Assembly: GCF_006345805.1 (NCBI RefSeq)
Contig: NC_043022.1
Coordinates: forward strand, 24,552,001-24,616,000
Length of the DNA: 64,000 nt
Direction: 5' to 3'
From: Octopus sinensis
Lineage: Eukaryota
The notes beneath the pieces were generated by a model. That model was not told where the DNA came from, did not search any database, and saw only the letters and a program-made list of their open reading frames with translations. The translations under genes and the position numbers were made by a program. Positions 40,171 to 54,429 of the stretch are shown here, in pieces; positions within the stretch are counted from its first letter, which is position 1; every line of letters starts with the position of its first letter.

Positions 40171-40606
40171 CAGGGAAAAAAACCTCCCAATAAACAAAAA
40201 CGAATGCAACAAATTCATGGTACAAATGAACTTAAGAAAACAGCTTGTGGTTTTAGTTACACAGAAATAATTCAATACAGATGCAAACAAGAAACAAGAT
40301 ATGTGAACACTTTCTTAAAGAAAATGAAAACAGCAAAAACAAACATTAAATGATTTGCAAACAAAATTGCCTTAAGTAAAATGCAGCATATGAATCAGAA
40401 AAATATTTTTGAAATATAAAAAAAAAATATATATACATTGGAAATAATTTGTTGGAGAGGCACAAGACCAGAAATTGTGGGAGGAAGAAACTGTAAATCA
40501 AATCTACCTCCATCCATTAAATCTGCCACCATCATTACTTGACTGGTGTTTGTTTTATTTACCCCGGAAAGACGAAGGGCAAAGTCAGCCTTCGAAAGAG
40601 TATTAA

Positions 40607-40960
40607 CGCAGGACATAAAGGGTTGGAATTGAATACCACAAGGTATTATTATTTGTTTGACTCAGTGGTTAGATTGTTGGACTTATGGTCATAAAATTGT
40701 GGTTTCATTTCCTGCACCGGGCCATGTGTTGTGCACGTTCTTAAGCCAACCACTCCATTCCACATTGTTCCAGTTCACTCAAATGGCCCAGAACATAAAA
40801 GGTTGGAATTGAATACCACAAGGTATAATTTGTTTGACTCAGTGGTTAGAGTGTTCGACTTATGGTCATAAAATTGTGGTTTCGATTCCTGGACGGGGCG
40901 ATGTGTTGTGCCCGTTCTTAAGCCAACTCCTCCATTCCACTCAAATGGCCAAATACGGGC
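40607..40960 (+). repeat. Tandem duplication (~180 bp) of a SINE junction
   Basis: ACATAAA.GGTTGGAATTGAATACCACAAGGTAT..GACTCAGTGGTTAG at ~40613 and ~40793. Confidence 0.8.
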
Positions 40961-41569
40961 TGTTGTGACACACTAGTATTTTGTCAAGTGGGGAGTATAC
41001 AGAGCGAGAGACACCAGGAAACCAGCCCTATGAGTCGGTGACTCTAGAAGGAGTTTATCAATGTTTTCTGGTTTAGGCAAAGCCAATAGCTTTGAGGGGA
41101 AGGGGAAGAAGAGGGGCTTAGTCAATTACAACAACCCACTACTTGATTCATACTGTATTTTATCGACCCCACCAAAAGGATAAAAGGCAAAGCTGACTTG
41201 GGCAGGATTTGAACTCAGAATGTGAAGAACGAGAAACACTACTGCTAAGCATTTTGTTTGATGCTCTGAGAATTCTACCAGCCCATCATCTCAATAATGA
41301 TAATAGTTACTAATGTAAACAAAAGGCCACAGATATGAAAGAAAGGGTTAATCGATTAAATTGACCTCATTAGCTACCTGGTACTTAATCTTATGGCTTC
41401 CGAAAGGATGAAAGGCAAAGTAGATTAATCTCAGCAGGATTTAATATTAGACTGTACTTTAACGTTAACTAAACTGCTATCCTTTTCATAATGTGGTAAT
41501 GTTCAAGAAACAGTAATATTGTTCATGGATGACTGCTGAATGGTCTTTTCTTCTACAACATTGTCTTTG

Positions 41570-41970
41570 AGTTCACTAGGAGAAGTCTATCAGTTTTTGT
41601 ATTTGTTAATGCATCTATCTATATGCTTGTTTATCTTTCTACCTCAAGATCTGGTGGCTGGACAAAATTTCAAAACAGAAGCCGGTGAGATAGAAAGAAA
41701 CAAATTGCCATCAATCAAGAAATTCTGAAAAGGAAATGGGATCGGATCATTCACACTCTAAGGAAACCTCCAAGTAGCAATTGCAAGACAAGTGTTAGAC
41801 TGACACCCAGAAGTAAAAAGGAAGGTTGGACTAGCTAAGAAAACCTGGAAAGGATGTGTGAAGGATGAAGTGAAAGGAACTGGTCCCTCTTGATCTAAAA
41901 TCAAGGAAGTAGCCTAAGATGATGTCCACTGGCATGAAATGGTTACAGCCCTATGTTCCTTACGAAATAA
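41570..41970 (+). mobile_element. RTE-clade LINE ORF2 C-terminal remnant
   Basis: KRKWDRIIHTLRKPPSS..RQVLD(W)HPEVKRKVG..KKTWK..DDVHWHEMVTALCSLRN, resembling the RKWRWIGHTLRK..ALDWNPQGKRK motif set. Confidence 0.7.
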
Positions 41971-42267
41971 TGTGAACTATCTAACTAATGAACTTCGTTC
42001 TGTTTGGAAATTTCAAAATTATTATGTGGCACAGGTAAATAGACATACCTATATTGCAACACTGCCCTTCAACAAGTTACTTCGTCAAGAACATACTACT
42101 GGAACAGTGGCAGAACAATTCAAAATACTGACCAAGGTGAAAGAATTAAGAAATAAACAAAAAGAAAAGGTAGAGAGAAAGAATGAAAGTAACAGACTGG
42201 AACTGAGCTGCAGAGTGGCAGAATCCTTAAGGGCATACATGAATGCATGTCTTGTAGTGTTTATCTT

Positions 42268-42850
42268 CTATCTTTTACTTGTTTCAGTCATTAGACTGCA
42301 ACTATGTTGGGACACCGCCTTGAAGGGTTTAACCCTTTAGCATTTAAACCGGCCATATCCGGCCAAAAATATTCTACCTGTTTTATGTTCAAACTGGCCA
42401 GATCTGGTCTATCACACCAACCCTACAATATCGTTTTAAAAATTAACAGCTACCTCATCAAAATCTCATAGCTACAAGATAATGCATGATTAGTTCAAAA
42501 CTGTGTGGATGAAAAAGCATAAATTTTGGCAGAATAATGCGAACACTAAAGGGTTAATGAAACAAATCAACCCCATTATTTATTTTTTGAAGCCTGGTAC
42601 TTATTCTGTTATTCTCTTTTTTGTCAAACTGCTAAGTGACAGGGATGTAAACAAACCAGAAGTGGTTGTCAGACAAACAAACACCCAAACACACACACAC
42701 TGGGCTTCTTTCAGCTTCCATTTATCAAATCCTCACACAAGGTTTTGGTTGGTCCAAGGATTTATTTAGAAGATACTTGTCCAAAGTGCCATGTAGTGGA
42801 ACTGAACTCAAGACCATATGGTTGGGAAGCAAGCTTTTTAACCACACTGC
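42268..42850 (-). mobile_element. SINE family A interrupted by a piggyBac MITE
   Basis: Family A tail at 42268-42330 resumes at 42557. Confidence 0.7.
42333..42553. mobile_element. piggyBac-type MITE (family 1) inserted into a SINE A copy
   Basis: TTAA at 42329-42332 and 42554-42557; CCCTTTAG/CTAAAGGG termini. Confidence 0.8.
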
Positions 42851-43097
42851 CCTGCCTGTGCTTATTTGGTTATGGTCTATGTTCCAAGATCAAATCTGAA
42901 ATCAACTTAATTTTTCATCCCTCGGCTAGGGGTTAATAAAATAAATTACCAGTCACTGTACTGCTAAATTTGAGGACTTGTTGCTATTGACAGAGAGTAT
43001 CATGGATGGGGGCCAAATGTCGGTAAGGAGATCTGTTCATGAAAATTTAGTGATAATAACAGCAAATAAAGAAAAACAAATAGCAAGACTAGGGTAA

Positions 43098-43138
<41 letters not shown>

Positions 43139-43185
43139 CACACACACACACACATATATACACACTTCAGCTTGGAATTATATAT

Positions 43186-43219
<34 letters not shown>

Positions 43220-44238
43220 TTCTGCTTGGAATTATAATAGATAAGACATGGCACAATGGCTGTGTAACAGAAACTTGAGACGCTGGAAACTGTCTGTGAG
43301 AGAGAGAGAGAGAAAGAGTAAAGTGTGTGTGGTTGGGAGGGATTCAATGTTATAAAGGGGAAGTATAAATATGCAGAGAACATAAATGACAAAAGTAGAG
43401 GTGAAGAAACTAAAAAAAAGCAGGAAGAAGACTTTGAGAAAAGAAAAAGATGTCTGCGGATAGAAGAAAGAAAGAGACAGAGAGCCCATGGAATGGGTAT
43501 GTGGTGGGGTTGGTTAAGCTGGAGAATGCAGATCTAAAGGAACTTGGCTGACACACAAAAATGGCCAAGGATTAAATGGAATGAGGCTGTTATGCCAACA
43601 TGTCATCCAAGAGATGTAAACAAGAAGAAAAACAGATGCTGAAATGATGAAGAAGATAATGGCTGGCTTCTCCAGCCAAAATTTACTTTTATGAGAAAAC
43701 CTTTTCAGGGTTGTTTTTCCTACTTAAAGAGCTTCCAGAGGAGCTGTGAATGAGGGGTTGGGTGGCAAGATAAGTAAATACAAAAGATTAAAAAGAACAC
43801 TTCTGAGTCCCCTGCAACAAGTTCCCCCCAGATCTGTTTCTAAATCTTTATAGATATCATGAACTCCCAAGAAATTCAGCACAGAGGAAGTTTACATGTG
43901 AATGGAGTATTTACTTTCAGAATTAAACAAACATACACACACACCTCTTTTACTTGTCTTAGTTGTTAGACTGCAGCGATGCTGGGACACTGCTCTGAAG
44001 GGTTTAATCAAATCAACCTCAGTACATTTTTTTTTTTGAAGTCTGGTACTTAGCAATTCAGCAAAATGAGACTGATAGAACAAGTTAAAGGGATGCAAAC
44101 AATCCAAAACCAGTTGTCAAGCAGAGGGGGTCGTCGGCCCAAGACACTTGCTCAAGTTGCCACGCAGTGAGACTGAACCAGGAACTATGTGGCTGAGAAA
44201 CAAACTTCTTAATACAGCTATGTCTGTGTGTGTGCATG

Positions 44239-44273
<35 letters not shown>

Positions 44274-44362
44274 GGAGAGTTTACGAAAGATACAAAAGAC
44301 GAAGACAGGTGGTGTACAGAACAAACAGATGTATTAGTATAACGCTCAGGAATAGAAAAAGT

Positions 44363-44398
44363 CTTTTACGTCTTGAGCCTACACTCTTATACAGAAAG
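44363..44398 (-). ncRNA. Heavily decayed hammerhead-like motif
   Basis: CUUU CUGUAUA A GAG UGUAGG CUC AAGA CG U A AAAG: stems I and II retained, core mutated; same GTATTA...ACGCTCAGGAA context as the 30.7 and 35.5 kb copies. Confidence 0.35.
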
Positions 44399-44407
44399 AT
44401 ATATATA

Positions 44408-44678
44408 TCATCATCGTTTAGCATATGCTTTCCATGCTAGCATGGGTTGGACGGTCCAACTGGGGTCTGGGAAGCCAGAAGGCTGCACCAGACCCAGTCT
44501 GATCTGGCAATGTTTCTACGGCTGGATGCCCTTCCTAACGCCAACCACTCCGTGAGTGTAGTGGGTGCTTTTTACGTGCCAGACGAGGCTGACAAACGGC
44601 CACAATCGGCTGGTGCTTTTTACGTGCCACCGGCATGGGGGCCAGGTGAGGCTGTCAATGGCCACGATCGGATGGTGC

Positions 44679-44680
<2 letters not shown>
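44408..44680 (-). mobile_element. SINE-like family C
   Basis: Reverse complement of 30855-31098. Confidence 0.7.
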
Positions 44681-44746
<66 letters not shown>

Positions 44747-46048
44747 GAGAGTGAATTGATAAGTAGTGATGATGGGAGTGGCAAAAGTAGCATAGTAAAA
44801 GGAGGCAGAGATTTCAGAACAGATGGTTCATTAGTTGAGGTCAGTTACTTCACAAGGCTTTGGTTGGCCCAGAGTTTATAGTACAAGACACTTGCCCAAA
44901 ATGCTGCATGTGGGTGTATGTGTAAGGTAACTGGCTCGCAGTTGAAGATGGGGGTAAAATTAACTTGACCTTCAGCAAACACAGTGACATCTCCAAACAG
45001 GTTTTTGTCTTATTAACACCTCCTTAGCAAGGCATAACCTTTCCTATGTTACAGTTGCTCCTTTCACATCTGTTACAGCTACAATAAACTAGGTGGAGGT
45101 TATTCCCATAAAGTTTATATTTAGGTCTCCTGGAAGTTTTCTAAACCTAGTTTTTCCACAAACAATCTCAAATATCTTTCGTTCTCAGCACAAAAGAAAT
45201 ATCCATCAGCCAATAATGATGGTGGGGAGAGCTTCAACATTTTTTATCACTTTGTGGACAGAAAAACAGAGATCAATTTCATTAAGTTTCTAGTTTTCTT
45301 AGACTGAGAAAAGATACTCAGTTTCTATCCCTGGAATGATTAAAATATTTATAGAATATACAAAGACTGGGACTAAGCCAAGTTTTCCTTACAATTACGT
45401 CTCTACAGCTTTAAAAAGAGAGAAGGTTACATTGGTTACTAAAGACCTAGATACACTACATTTGAATAGTAATAAAAAAAAAAATACTTGATGATCATGG
45501 CTTGCTTTTACATATACACACATACATAAGAATGCATGCATGTATGCATGTACACACATACACCTAAGAAGGGTCAGAGAACTATTTCTGGAATGTTTCC
45601 CTTGGCTCAATGCCCATCCTACCACCAACCATTTTACAACATATATCTGGGTACATTTTACTATGGTTACCAACATTACCAACAACCAGAGAAGTTTGTC
45701 ATGTCCTCTTAATATCTAACAGCTATGATGATAATGGCTGGCTAGCAATAACCATTCCAATAGCATATACGCATGCATAAGTGTATATGTATATATGTAT
45801 GCATATATATATATGTATACTGTGTGTCTGTAACAATTACATGAAACATTCATTTCAAATTCCACAGCAAGTTACAAAGTAAGTAGTGTACCTACCTATC
45901 TTCCTACCTACCTACATACCTAGAAGATGCTTTTATATATGGGTAAAATGGTAATAATACAAAACTGGATACTCTAGCTTACAAGAATGGCTTTATGGAA
46001 GAGCTGTGACATAATCTTGCAGTAATCACATAGAACCAATTTGAATAC

Positions 46049-46111
<63 letters not shown>

Positions 46112-46251
46112 ATATATGTATTTGCATATATGTGTGTGTGTGTGTGTGTATATATATATCTATAACTATATATTATGTGTATATATATATGTGTGTGTGT
46201 GTGCGTGTGTATATATATGTATATGTATATATATATGTATACGTATGTATA

Positions 46252-46306
<55 letters not shown>

Positions 46307-46354
46307 GTATATATGTATATGTATAATATATATATGTATACGTATGTATATGTG

Positions 46355-46387
<33 letters not shown>

Positions 46388-46393
46388 TATATA

Positions 46394-46444
<51 letters not shown>

Positions 46445-46949
46445 GTATGTATATATATATGTGTGTGTGTGTGGTGTAGCAAAAATAACTACAAAAAAAA
46501 GAGAGAGAGAGAGAGAACTGAAACTATCTGAATTATGAAACGGAAACAAACAAGAAGAAATCGTGTAATATTAACAAGGGAACTTGATAAAACATATTCC
46601 CCAAGCATAAAGAATTGATTAGAATGCTTTCAGTGAAGAACAAACAGAATATAAATTCCATCTTTAAATCCCACAAGACTGAGAAGGTATTTCCTTCAGA
46701 GAGAGAAAAACTGGTGATGGCAAATAGAACAATATTTGGAGAAAGCATGGAAACAGTGAAATGCCGTCTGGCAACATGTAAAAACTATGGTGATAATGGC
46801 TGGCTGGCTGGCAATAACCATTCCAACTGTCTGTGGTTTTTAACAACAAATTGAGGAGTTCAAATGACAGTGGCACAGTGGTGCAGAAGACGTGTCATAG
46901 AAATCTTTATAGACAACTGTTGGCACTGGTGGTGGTGGTGGTGGTGGTG

Positions 46950-47140
46950 GTGGTGGTGCAGTAGTGATTATGTAGTGAAGGTGCAGGTGGCTGAAGGGTA
47001 CAGTGGTTGGTGGTGGTGGTGCAGTTGTGATTATGTAGTGAAGGTGCAGGTGGCTGAAGGGTAGAGTGGTGGTGGTGGTGGTGGTGCAGTAGTGATTATG
47101 TAGTGAAGGTGCAGGCGGCTGAAGGATAGAGTGGTAGAGA
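46950..47140. repeat. Tandem triplication of a ~62 bp GTG-rich unit
   Basis: GCAGT(A/T)GTGATTATGTAGTGAAGGTGCAGG(T/C)GGCTGAAGG x3. Confidence 0.85.
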
Positions 47141-47409
47141 AGGTAGTAATAAAGATGACTGGCTGTATGGTGTTGGAGGTAGTAGTGATAGCGTAGTCAA
47201 AGTGGTAGGATGGTGATGGTGGTAATAACAGTAGTACTGGGATTGAGGGGTGCTGGTGGTAGCAGTGGTGGTAGGGTAGTTAATGCGTGGTGATAGTGGT
47301 ATGATTAAGGCGTGGTGGTAGCAGTGTGGTTAATGAGTAACGGCGGTGACATATTTAATTAGTGGTGGCAGTGGTGTAGTTAATGAGTTGTGGTAGTAGT
47401 AACCCTGTC

Positions 47410-47932
47410 CAATTTCTCTGACCCAAAGAGGATATTGGTTTCAGTTGCCAAACTGCTAAGTTATGATGATGTAAACAAACCGACACCGGATGTCAAGCAG
47501 TGGTGGAGTACAACACACACACACAACAGGTTTCTATTAGTTTCTTATTTCTTTATTGCCCACAAGGGGCTAAACACAGAGGGGACAAACAAGGACACAC
47601 AAACGGATTAAGTCGATTACATCGACCCCAGTGCGTGACTGGTACTTAATTTATTGACCCCGAAAGGATGAAAGGCAAAGTCGACCCCAGCAGAATTTGA
47701 ACTCAGAACGTAACGGCAGAAGAAATACTGCTAAGCATTTCGCCCGGCGTGCTAACATTTCCGCCAGTTCGCCGCCTTCAGTTTCTATCAGTTTCTGCTC
47801 ACCAAATCCACTGACAAGGCTTTGATTGGTCTGGGATTACAGGAGACACTTGCCCAAGAGGCTACACAGTGGGATTAAACCAAGAACCATGTGGTTGGGA
47901 AGCAAACTTGTAAACTAAATAGCCATGCCTGT
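47410..47932 (-). mobile_element. SINE family A interrupted by SINE B (47545-47777)
   Basis: Target duplication GTTTCTAT(T/C)AGTTTC at 47530-47544 and 47781-47795. Confidence 0.7.
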
Positions 47933-48859
47933 AGATTTTTAGATTATCTCTTATTTTAATTTTTTTTATCTCTTTCATTGAAAGAGGCAAGGCTGGTTTT
48001 ACTTCACTGGAAGATCTTTCCAAGTCCTGATCATAAGAGCAAATGTAAAGTCGGCATGTAATGTCTGGATCACAAGTGATTGATGTGTGAGTGGAATGAG
48101 TTAGGGAAGTAGTGGTGGTGGTATTGTGGTAGGCGGCGAGCTGGCAGAAACGTTAGCATGCCGGGTGAGATGCGTAGCCGTATTTCGTCTGTCGTTACGT
48201 TGTGAGTTCAAATTAGAAGTTTAAGGGCTGTCAGCGTAAGAAAGGAGACCAAGAGAAAAATAGAAATTCATGTTGTTTAACATTAGGTCAACCTGTTCCC
48301 AGCTGACCTACGATGCAAGGTGGTCTAACCATGATCATTATGTCTTTTAATTAAAACCCAATGTAACAAGGATTACATTTTTCACTGTCCCTTTTTCTAA
48401 AAGCCACCAGGAAGCTGGTTCGAGGGAGATTTGGCTGCAATATCAAGAAGACTGGGGGAACCAATTATATGGATGCTTCCCCCATTAGTTCAAATTTATT
48501 ATTAACAACTGGTTGCTGGAACATACTACAAACCAGGAATGGTGGGGGAAACCAAAATTAACTGTATGATGTTCATAAGTGAAGTAATAGACCTCCCCCT
48601 ACCCTAATACACACACACACACCACACACACACACATATATATAATATTCCAAAAAGTAACTCCAAATAGAAAAATCAAATCAAATTTTTGCATTCAACT
48701 GGAACGGGAGAGCTTGAAATAAATCAATGGAGGCATTGGCCAGGGGGGAGTGGTGGTGGTGGTAATGAGAGAGGTGGTGGAGAAGAGGGTAATTTTCAGG
48801 TTGAGTTGATGGCTAAAGAATGTGTGCATGCCCACGCGCACACACAAACACACACACAC

Positions 48860-48946
48860 AAGTATATACATGTGTGTGTGTATATATATGTGCATAAATA
48901 TGTGTGTATGTATGTGCATATATATATGCATGTGTGTGTGTATATA

Positions 48947-49032
<86 letters not shown>

Positions 49033-49048
49033 ATATATATATATATAT

Positions 49049-49138
<90 letters not shown>

Positions 49139-49205
49139 GTATATGTATGTATGTATGTATATATATATATATATATATATGTACATATGTGTATATATAT
49201 ATATA
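48860..49205. repeat. (TA/TG)n microsatellite
   Basis: Direct reading; similar tracts at 920-1260, 46050-46475 and 14250-14335. Confidence 0.95.
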
Positions 49206-50831
49206 TGATGGAAGTAATTTATGGCAAGTGGGAAAGAAGACAAAGTCAGCAAAGATGTTTGGATGTTTCAGATTTGATTGGAAGGAAAGAGGGGCAGCGA
49301 GAGAAAGAATCATTAATGAAAGCAAGGAAGCAAAGAGAGAGAGAGAGAGAGAGAGGGAGGAACAAAACTGAAGAGGGGGGGGCAAGAGAAAGAAAAAGAC
49401 AATGGAGAAAGAGAGAGAGAGAGAGAGAGAGATGGGGGTGAGTGAGAGAGTGATACTCAGCCAAGAGAAAGGGACAGCCACACACATACATAAAGAGGGG
49501 GGGGGTGAAATAATCCAGAACAAAGATTTAAATACATGGCAAATGATAATCAGTTTAAGAGAAACCTACAGCACCTCCCTGCCCACCCCTTTCCCACCCA
49601 TCACTACCAAGGTTATGACACGATGTGGAGTGGGTCTATAGCCAACCACTTCAACATTACCAAAGTTGAACCATTAACAAGAAACTCCAAGCAAGCAAAA
49701 GAGTTGGAGTGGCGATGGTGGTGGTATTGGTGGTGGTGGTGGTGGCAGTGCAGCTGATGGGGAAAGGATTGGAGAGCCGTGAGGTAAGCAGGAACAACAA
49801 CAAAAAGAACTAGAACAACTAATGGAATCATGGAATCATAAAAAAAAAAAAAAATTGGTGAGGATGTGGATGAAAGGAAATCCACACTGAAGCTGTTCTG
49901 AAGTAGAGGAGGTGGTGGTGGTGGTGGTGGTGGTGGTGGTGGGGTAACATGAAAGGCTGGTGAAAGCTAGTCGAAAAAACACTCAACCTGCCAGAAATTA
50001 TAGCCAAGTCTCCCTCATCTTAACATCCTACCTACACAATCTTAATAAAAGAAATAATATATCTACACACACACATACATGATAATGTAGTCCTAAGTAC
50101 ATTATGTCTGAGTAAAACATAAACAGGATGTCATGGCTGGAACGTCTTTGAATATAGGTCTGTTTTATTAGAACTGACCTGTGGAGACATGCATGTTTCT
50201 CCAGGTCATATCTATGAGTCATCAACGAAATCTAAATCGATACACAAGTCTGCAAAGGTAGCAGCCAAATTTCACAAAAATTACATTCTACTAAATTTAA
50301 AATGGAAGAACACATTGGACAATCTATTCTCAGATATACTATGTCTGAATAAAAGACAGTCTGGTTGTGATTTGCAATGTCTTTGATCATGGGTCTGCTG
50401 GTTCAAGGTTAACCTGGGGTTAAACAACCACCTTACAATCAGCTCTGCAACAACAAACATCAGCGTCTCATCTTACCGATGACCAGACAAAGGTGATCCT
50501 TAAGATTTCAACTCAGATCATAAAGGGACATAAGTACCACACCACCCATTCTAAAAATAATGCAGTCCTTGGACCAGTCGATCCTGACAAACTATCTAAC
50601 CCATGCCAGTATGGAACTTGGACATTAAATGATGTTGATGATGATGAAGGAGGTAGCATATAATTAATTAAATTAACTCAGCATCATTATCAATCAGTAA
50701 GATTTATGCCTCAGCCTAATTATAACAATAGACAGAAGAGCTATAAGAAGGTGGTCACTATGCAGTTTACCTGACCCAGTGAAAATAGCCTTTAATTCAC
50801 ATCCCACTGACTCAGTGAAAAAGAAAGGACA

Positions 50832-51235
50832 GGCGCAGGAGTGGCTGTGTGGTAAGTAGCTTGTTTACCAACCACATGGTTCTGGGTTCAGTCCCACTGC
50901 CAAGGCACCTTGGGCATGTGTTTTCTACTATAGCCTCGGGCCAACCAAAGCCTTGTGAGTGGATTTGGTAAACGGAAACTGAAAGAAGCCCATCGTATAT
51001 ATGTGTATATATATATATATATGTATGTGTGTGTATATGTTTGTCCCCCTAGCATTGCTTGACAACCAATGCTGGTGTGTTTACGTCCCTGTTACTTAGC
51101 GGTCCGGCAAAAAGAGACCGATAGAATAAGTACTGGGCTTACAAAGAATAAGTCCTGGGGTCGAGTTGCTCGACTAAAGGCGGTGCTCCAGCATGGCCGC
51201 AGTCAAATGACTGAAACAAGTAAAAGAGTAAGAGA
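50832..51235 (+). mobile_element. SINE family A, full length
   Basis: GGCGCAGGAGTGGCTGTGTGG head, CCTTGGGCA.GTGT CORE-like segment, tail GAAACAAGTAAAAGAGTAAGAG. Confidence 0.9.
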
Positions 51236-51444
51236 GTCCAAGAGATATTTCTTGTTATTGGAAAGTTATTTGTTGTTAAGCCAACAGTTTGCCAGACATG
51301 GCCAGCCTGGTGTTATAAAAGTATTTTAAAACTTTTACTAATTTCAGCTGTGGCCATGCTAGGACGTTGTTATTAAATATTTATGCTCCTGGCCAATGCA
51401 CACAAAAAGATTTTACCCTTTAGCATTCAGTTTACTTTATTCTT

Positions 51445-51795
51445 TTATTCTTTTACTTGTTTAAGTCATTTGGACAATCAACCCCAGGACTTATTCTTTG
51501 TAAGCCTAGCACTTATTGTATTATTAATGAACCATTAAGTTAATGGGACACAAACACACCAACATCGGTTGTCAAGTGATAGTGGGAGGACAAACACAGA
51601 CACACAAATACACACACACACACACACACACACAACGGGTTTCTTTCAGTTTCTGTCTACCAAATCTACTCACAAGTGTTTGACCGGCCCAAGGCTAAAG
51701 TAGAAGACAATTGCCCAAGGTACCATGCATTGGGACTGAACCTGGAACTATGTCCCTGGGAAGCAAGCATCTTAACCACACAGCCATTCCTATGC
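51445..51795 (-). mobile_element. SINE family A
   Basis: Inverted relative to 50832-51235. Confidence 0.75.
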
Positions 51796-51909
51796 CTTTG
51801 TCAAATATAATACTTATTTATTCACATTGTTTTGAATTAATTATGTATGTTCAAGATGTTGGCAATGGAATTGTAACATTTGTAGGACATTGTAGGTTAG
51901 GTGTGAGAG

Positions 51910-52236
51910 GCTAGATCTGGGCAGTTAGAACACAAAATGAGTAGAATATCTGGGTTGCAAAGGATCAGTTTAAATGCTAAAGGGTTAATGAGGGTGCCCC
52001 AGCATGGCCACAGAACCTGACTGAAATTAATAAATGGTTAGAGATAAAAGACAAGGATGGTCATTTCTGGAGCTAGATCTGGGCAGTTAGAACACAAAAT
52101 GAGTAGAATATCTGGGTTGCAAAGGATCAGTTTAAATGCTAAAGGGTTAATGAGGGCGCCCCAGCATGGCCACAGAACCTGATTGAAATGGTTAATAAAA
52201 TATTAGAGATAAAAGACAAGGATGGTCATCTCTGGA
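51910..52236. repeat. Tandem duplication, 162 bp period, spanning a MITE end and a SINE tail
   Basis: GCTAGATCTGGGCAG starts at 51910 and 52072. Confidence 0.9.
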
Positions 52237-52559
52237 AATACCTAGATTATAGGTCTGCTGAATCCAGGCTAGATTTGGAACTAAAACAACAACTATCTTT
52301 TCAATACCAACAACAATAACAATAATAAATAAGATTCAATCGGAAGAACAAATTAAAATTAAAATAATTTACACAAAACAAATCAGAGAAAAATACATAA
52401 TCTACTAAAAGGAAAGAGAGGCTATTTTCATAATTAATTACAGTTTTCCATGTAAAATTAATTGACTCTGTGTAGACAGTAGCTGAGCTATATTTAAAAA
52501 CAAACTATTAATGGGCTATTTCCTCCTCTTTGCAGTCTCAGATTAATTACTTGTTTCTA

Positions 52560-52601
<42 letters not shown>

Positions 52602-54429
52602 TCCAAAGATAATCAGTTTTCACCAGCCAAAAGCTGCCACAGATAGGGTTAGGAGGAGGAGGTGGTGGTGGTGGTTTAGATATAATTTAGAACTTATCTA
52701 AGTTTAGCTTTCCTGTAAACCGAGTCACCTTATTCAAAAGTCAGTGATAGTGAAACAGTCTTGGAATCTCTCTCTCTCTCTCTTTTCCCCTCCTCTCTCT
52801 CTCTCTTTATCTCTATCTCTCTCTATCTCATTGGAACGACGATGACTCATTGATGATGCTCATTCGTTAGCAATCATGTTTCTCTTTGGAGAGACATTCC
52901 TCAACCTTATAAACTTGGGAATTTGCTGAAAAGAAGAACACTGAGCTTTTGGCAGCAAAATTGTACCTGAAAAATCAATAAAAACCTTCTTCTTATTGTA
53001 ACAACGAAGCTGATGAATCACTCATTTCAGAATGTGATGATGATGAAGAGAGACAGAGAAACAGACAGACAGAGAGAGAGAGAGAGAGAGAGGAAGATGC
53101 TGGCTTTGGACTAATTACAATGTAATCTAAAGCCCAGAGATGAAGGATAATGCTGTTTCAGTCTTGTTTTTCCCCACCATTAATATCTGTTCAAGTTAGT
53201 GCATAAGGACATATTGTTCACAAATTCACATATGGGGGAGAGAAGAAGAAGAAGAAAAAAATAATAAGGGGAGCGGGGGAAAGGAAAAATGCTTTTAGGC
53301 CATTTTTCTAAACATAACCACATTCAAACTTCAAATCAGCACAATAAATAAGACAGCATAATGACGACAATAAAATATATTTAAACAACATAAAAAAAAC
53401 CCCGACTCCCTTCCATTTCTCAAACACCCATTATCATTATTATTATTATTATTATTATTATAACAAAATGCCTGTCTTGCTAAGTCACTCTCCCAATTTG
53501 CCCCCACTGCTCTCCACCCCTTGTCAACTAAGAGAATATGTTAATCTACGACAACAAGCTACAGGAATAGCAGAAAGTACAACGAAATCAATACACTGTG
53601 TAAGTGAATACAAATGAACGCTATGCAAATACTGAGAAAAACAGACAGAAGCAAGAAAAACAAGGCAAAATAAATAAATAAATGGAATAAAATTGCAATA
53701 AAATATTATCTTTAATTAAATTTCATATCTTTGAAAAATAATAATAATAATAAATAATTAGATAAATAAATGTCTTAAATAAATTTTTGATATTAATACA
53801 GTTTGTTAAACGTTGTTTCTGTCGTTTTTGTTTAAACTTTAATAATAAAGAAAGAAAAATAACTGGAAAAAAAAAATAAATAACACGGTGTTATATAATA
53901 ATGAAATATGTTTATATATGACAGATAAAAAAATTTTTTTAGCAGAATAGAATAAGAAAAAAAAAAAGCAAAAATGGTGAGGAGGAATGGCGCTAGAGAG
54001 AGACAGAGTTGGGTGGAGTGGATGTATTAATTGTGAAGAGGTTATGAATGTACCAAAAATGAAGATATTAAACTATTTAGTGTTATCATTAAAATATCAA
54101 GCATGTATATTATCTCTAATGACAAACAAGTCCTTTTGCAGGAGGTGGGTAGGAGGTCTTTTAAAAATAAACTAGAACAATATTTTTTACATAAAATAAT
54201 TTTTTTTTTTAAATTTTAAAAGCTGTTTTCAAAATACAGTCACGGTGAATTTTGTGATTTGTGTGGAATAAATAAGAGGCCAATATTTTGTGGGGAGAGA
54301 TCAAGTATAGGGAGGAGTTTTGCGTTAACTGAGCCACCCCCCTTTCTCTCAGCATATCACTGGTATTTTTTTATTTCAACTCCCTAATTTCACAAGAAAA
54401 GGACGGAAAAAACTAACTCCAATGTTGTT

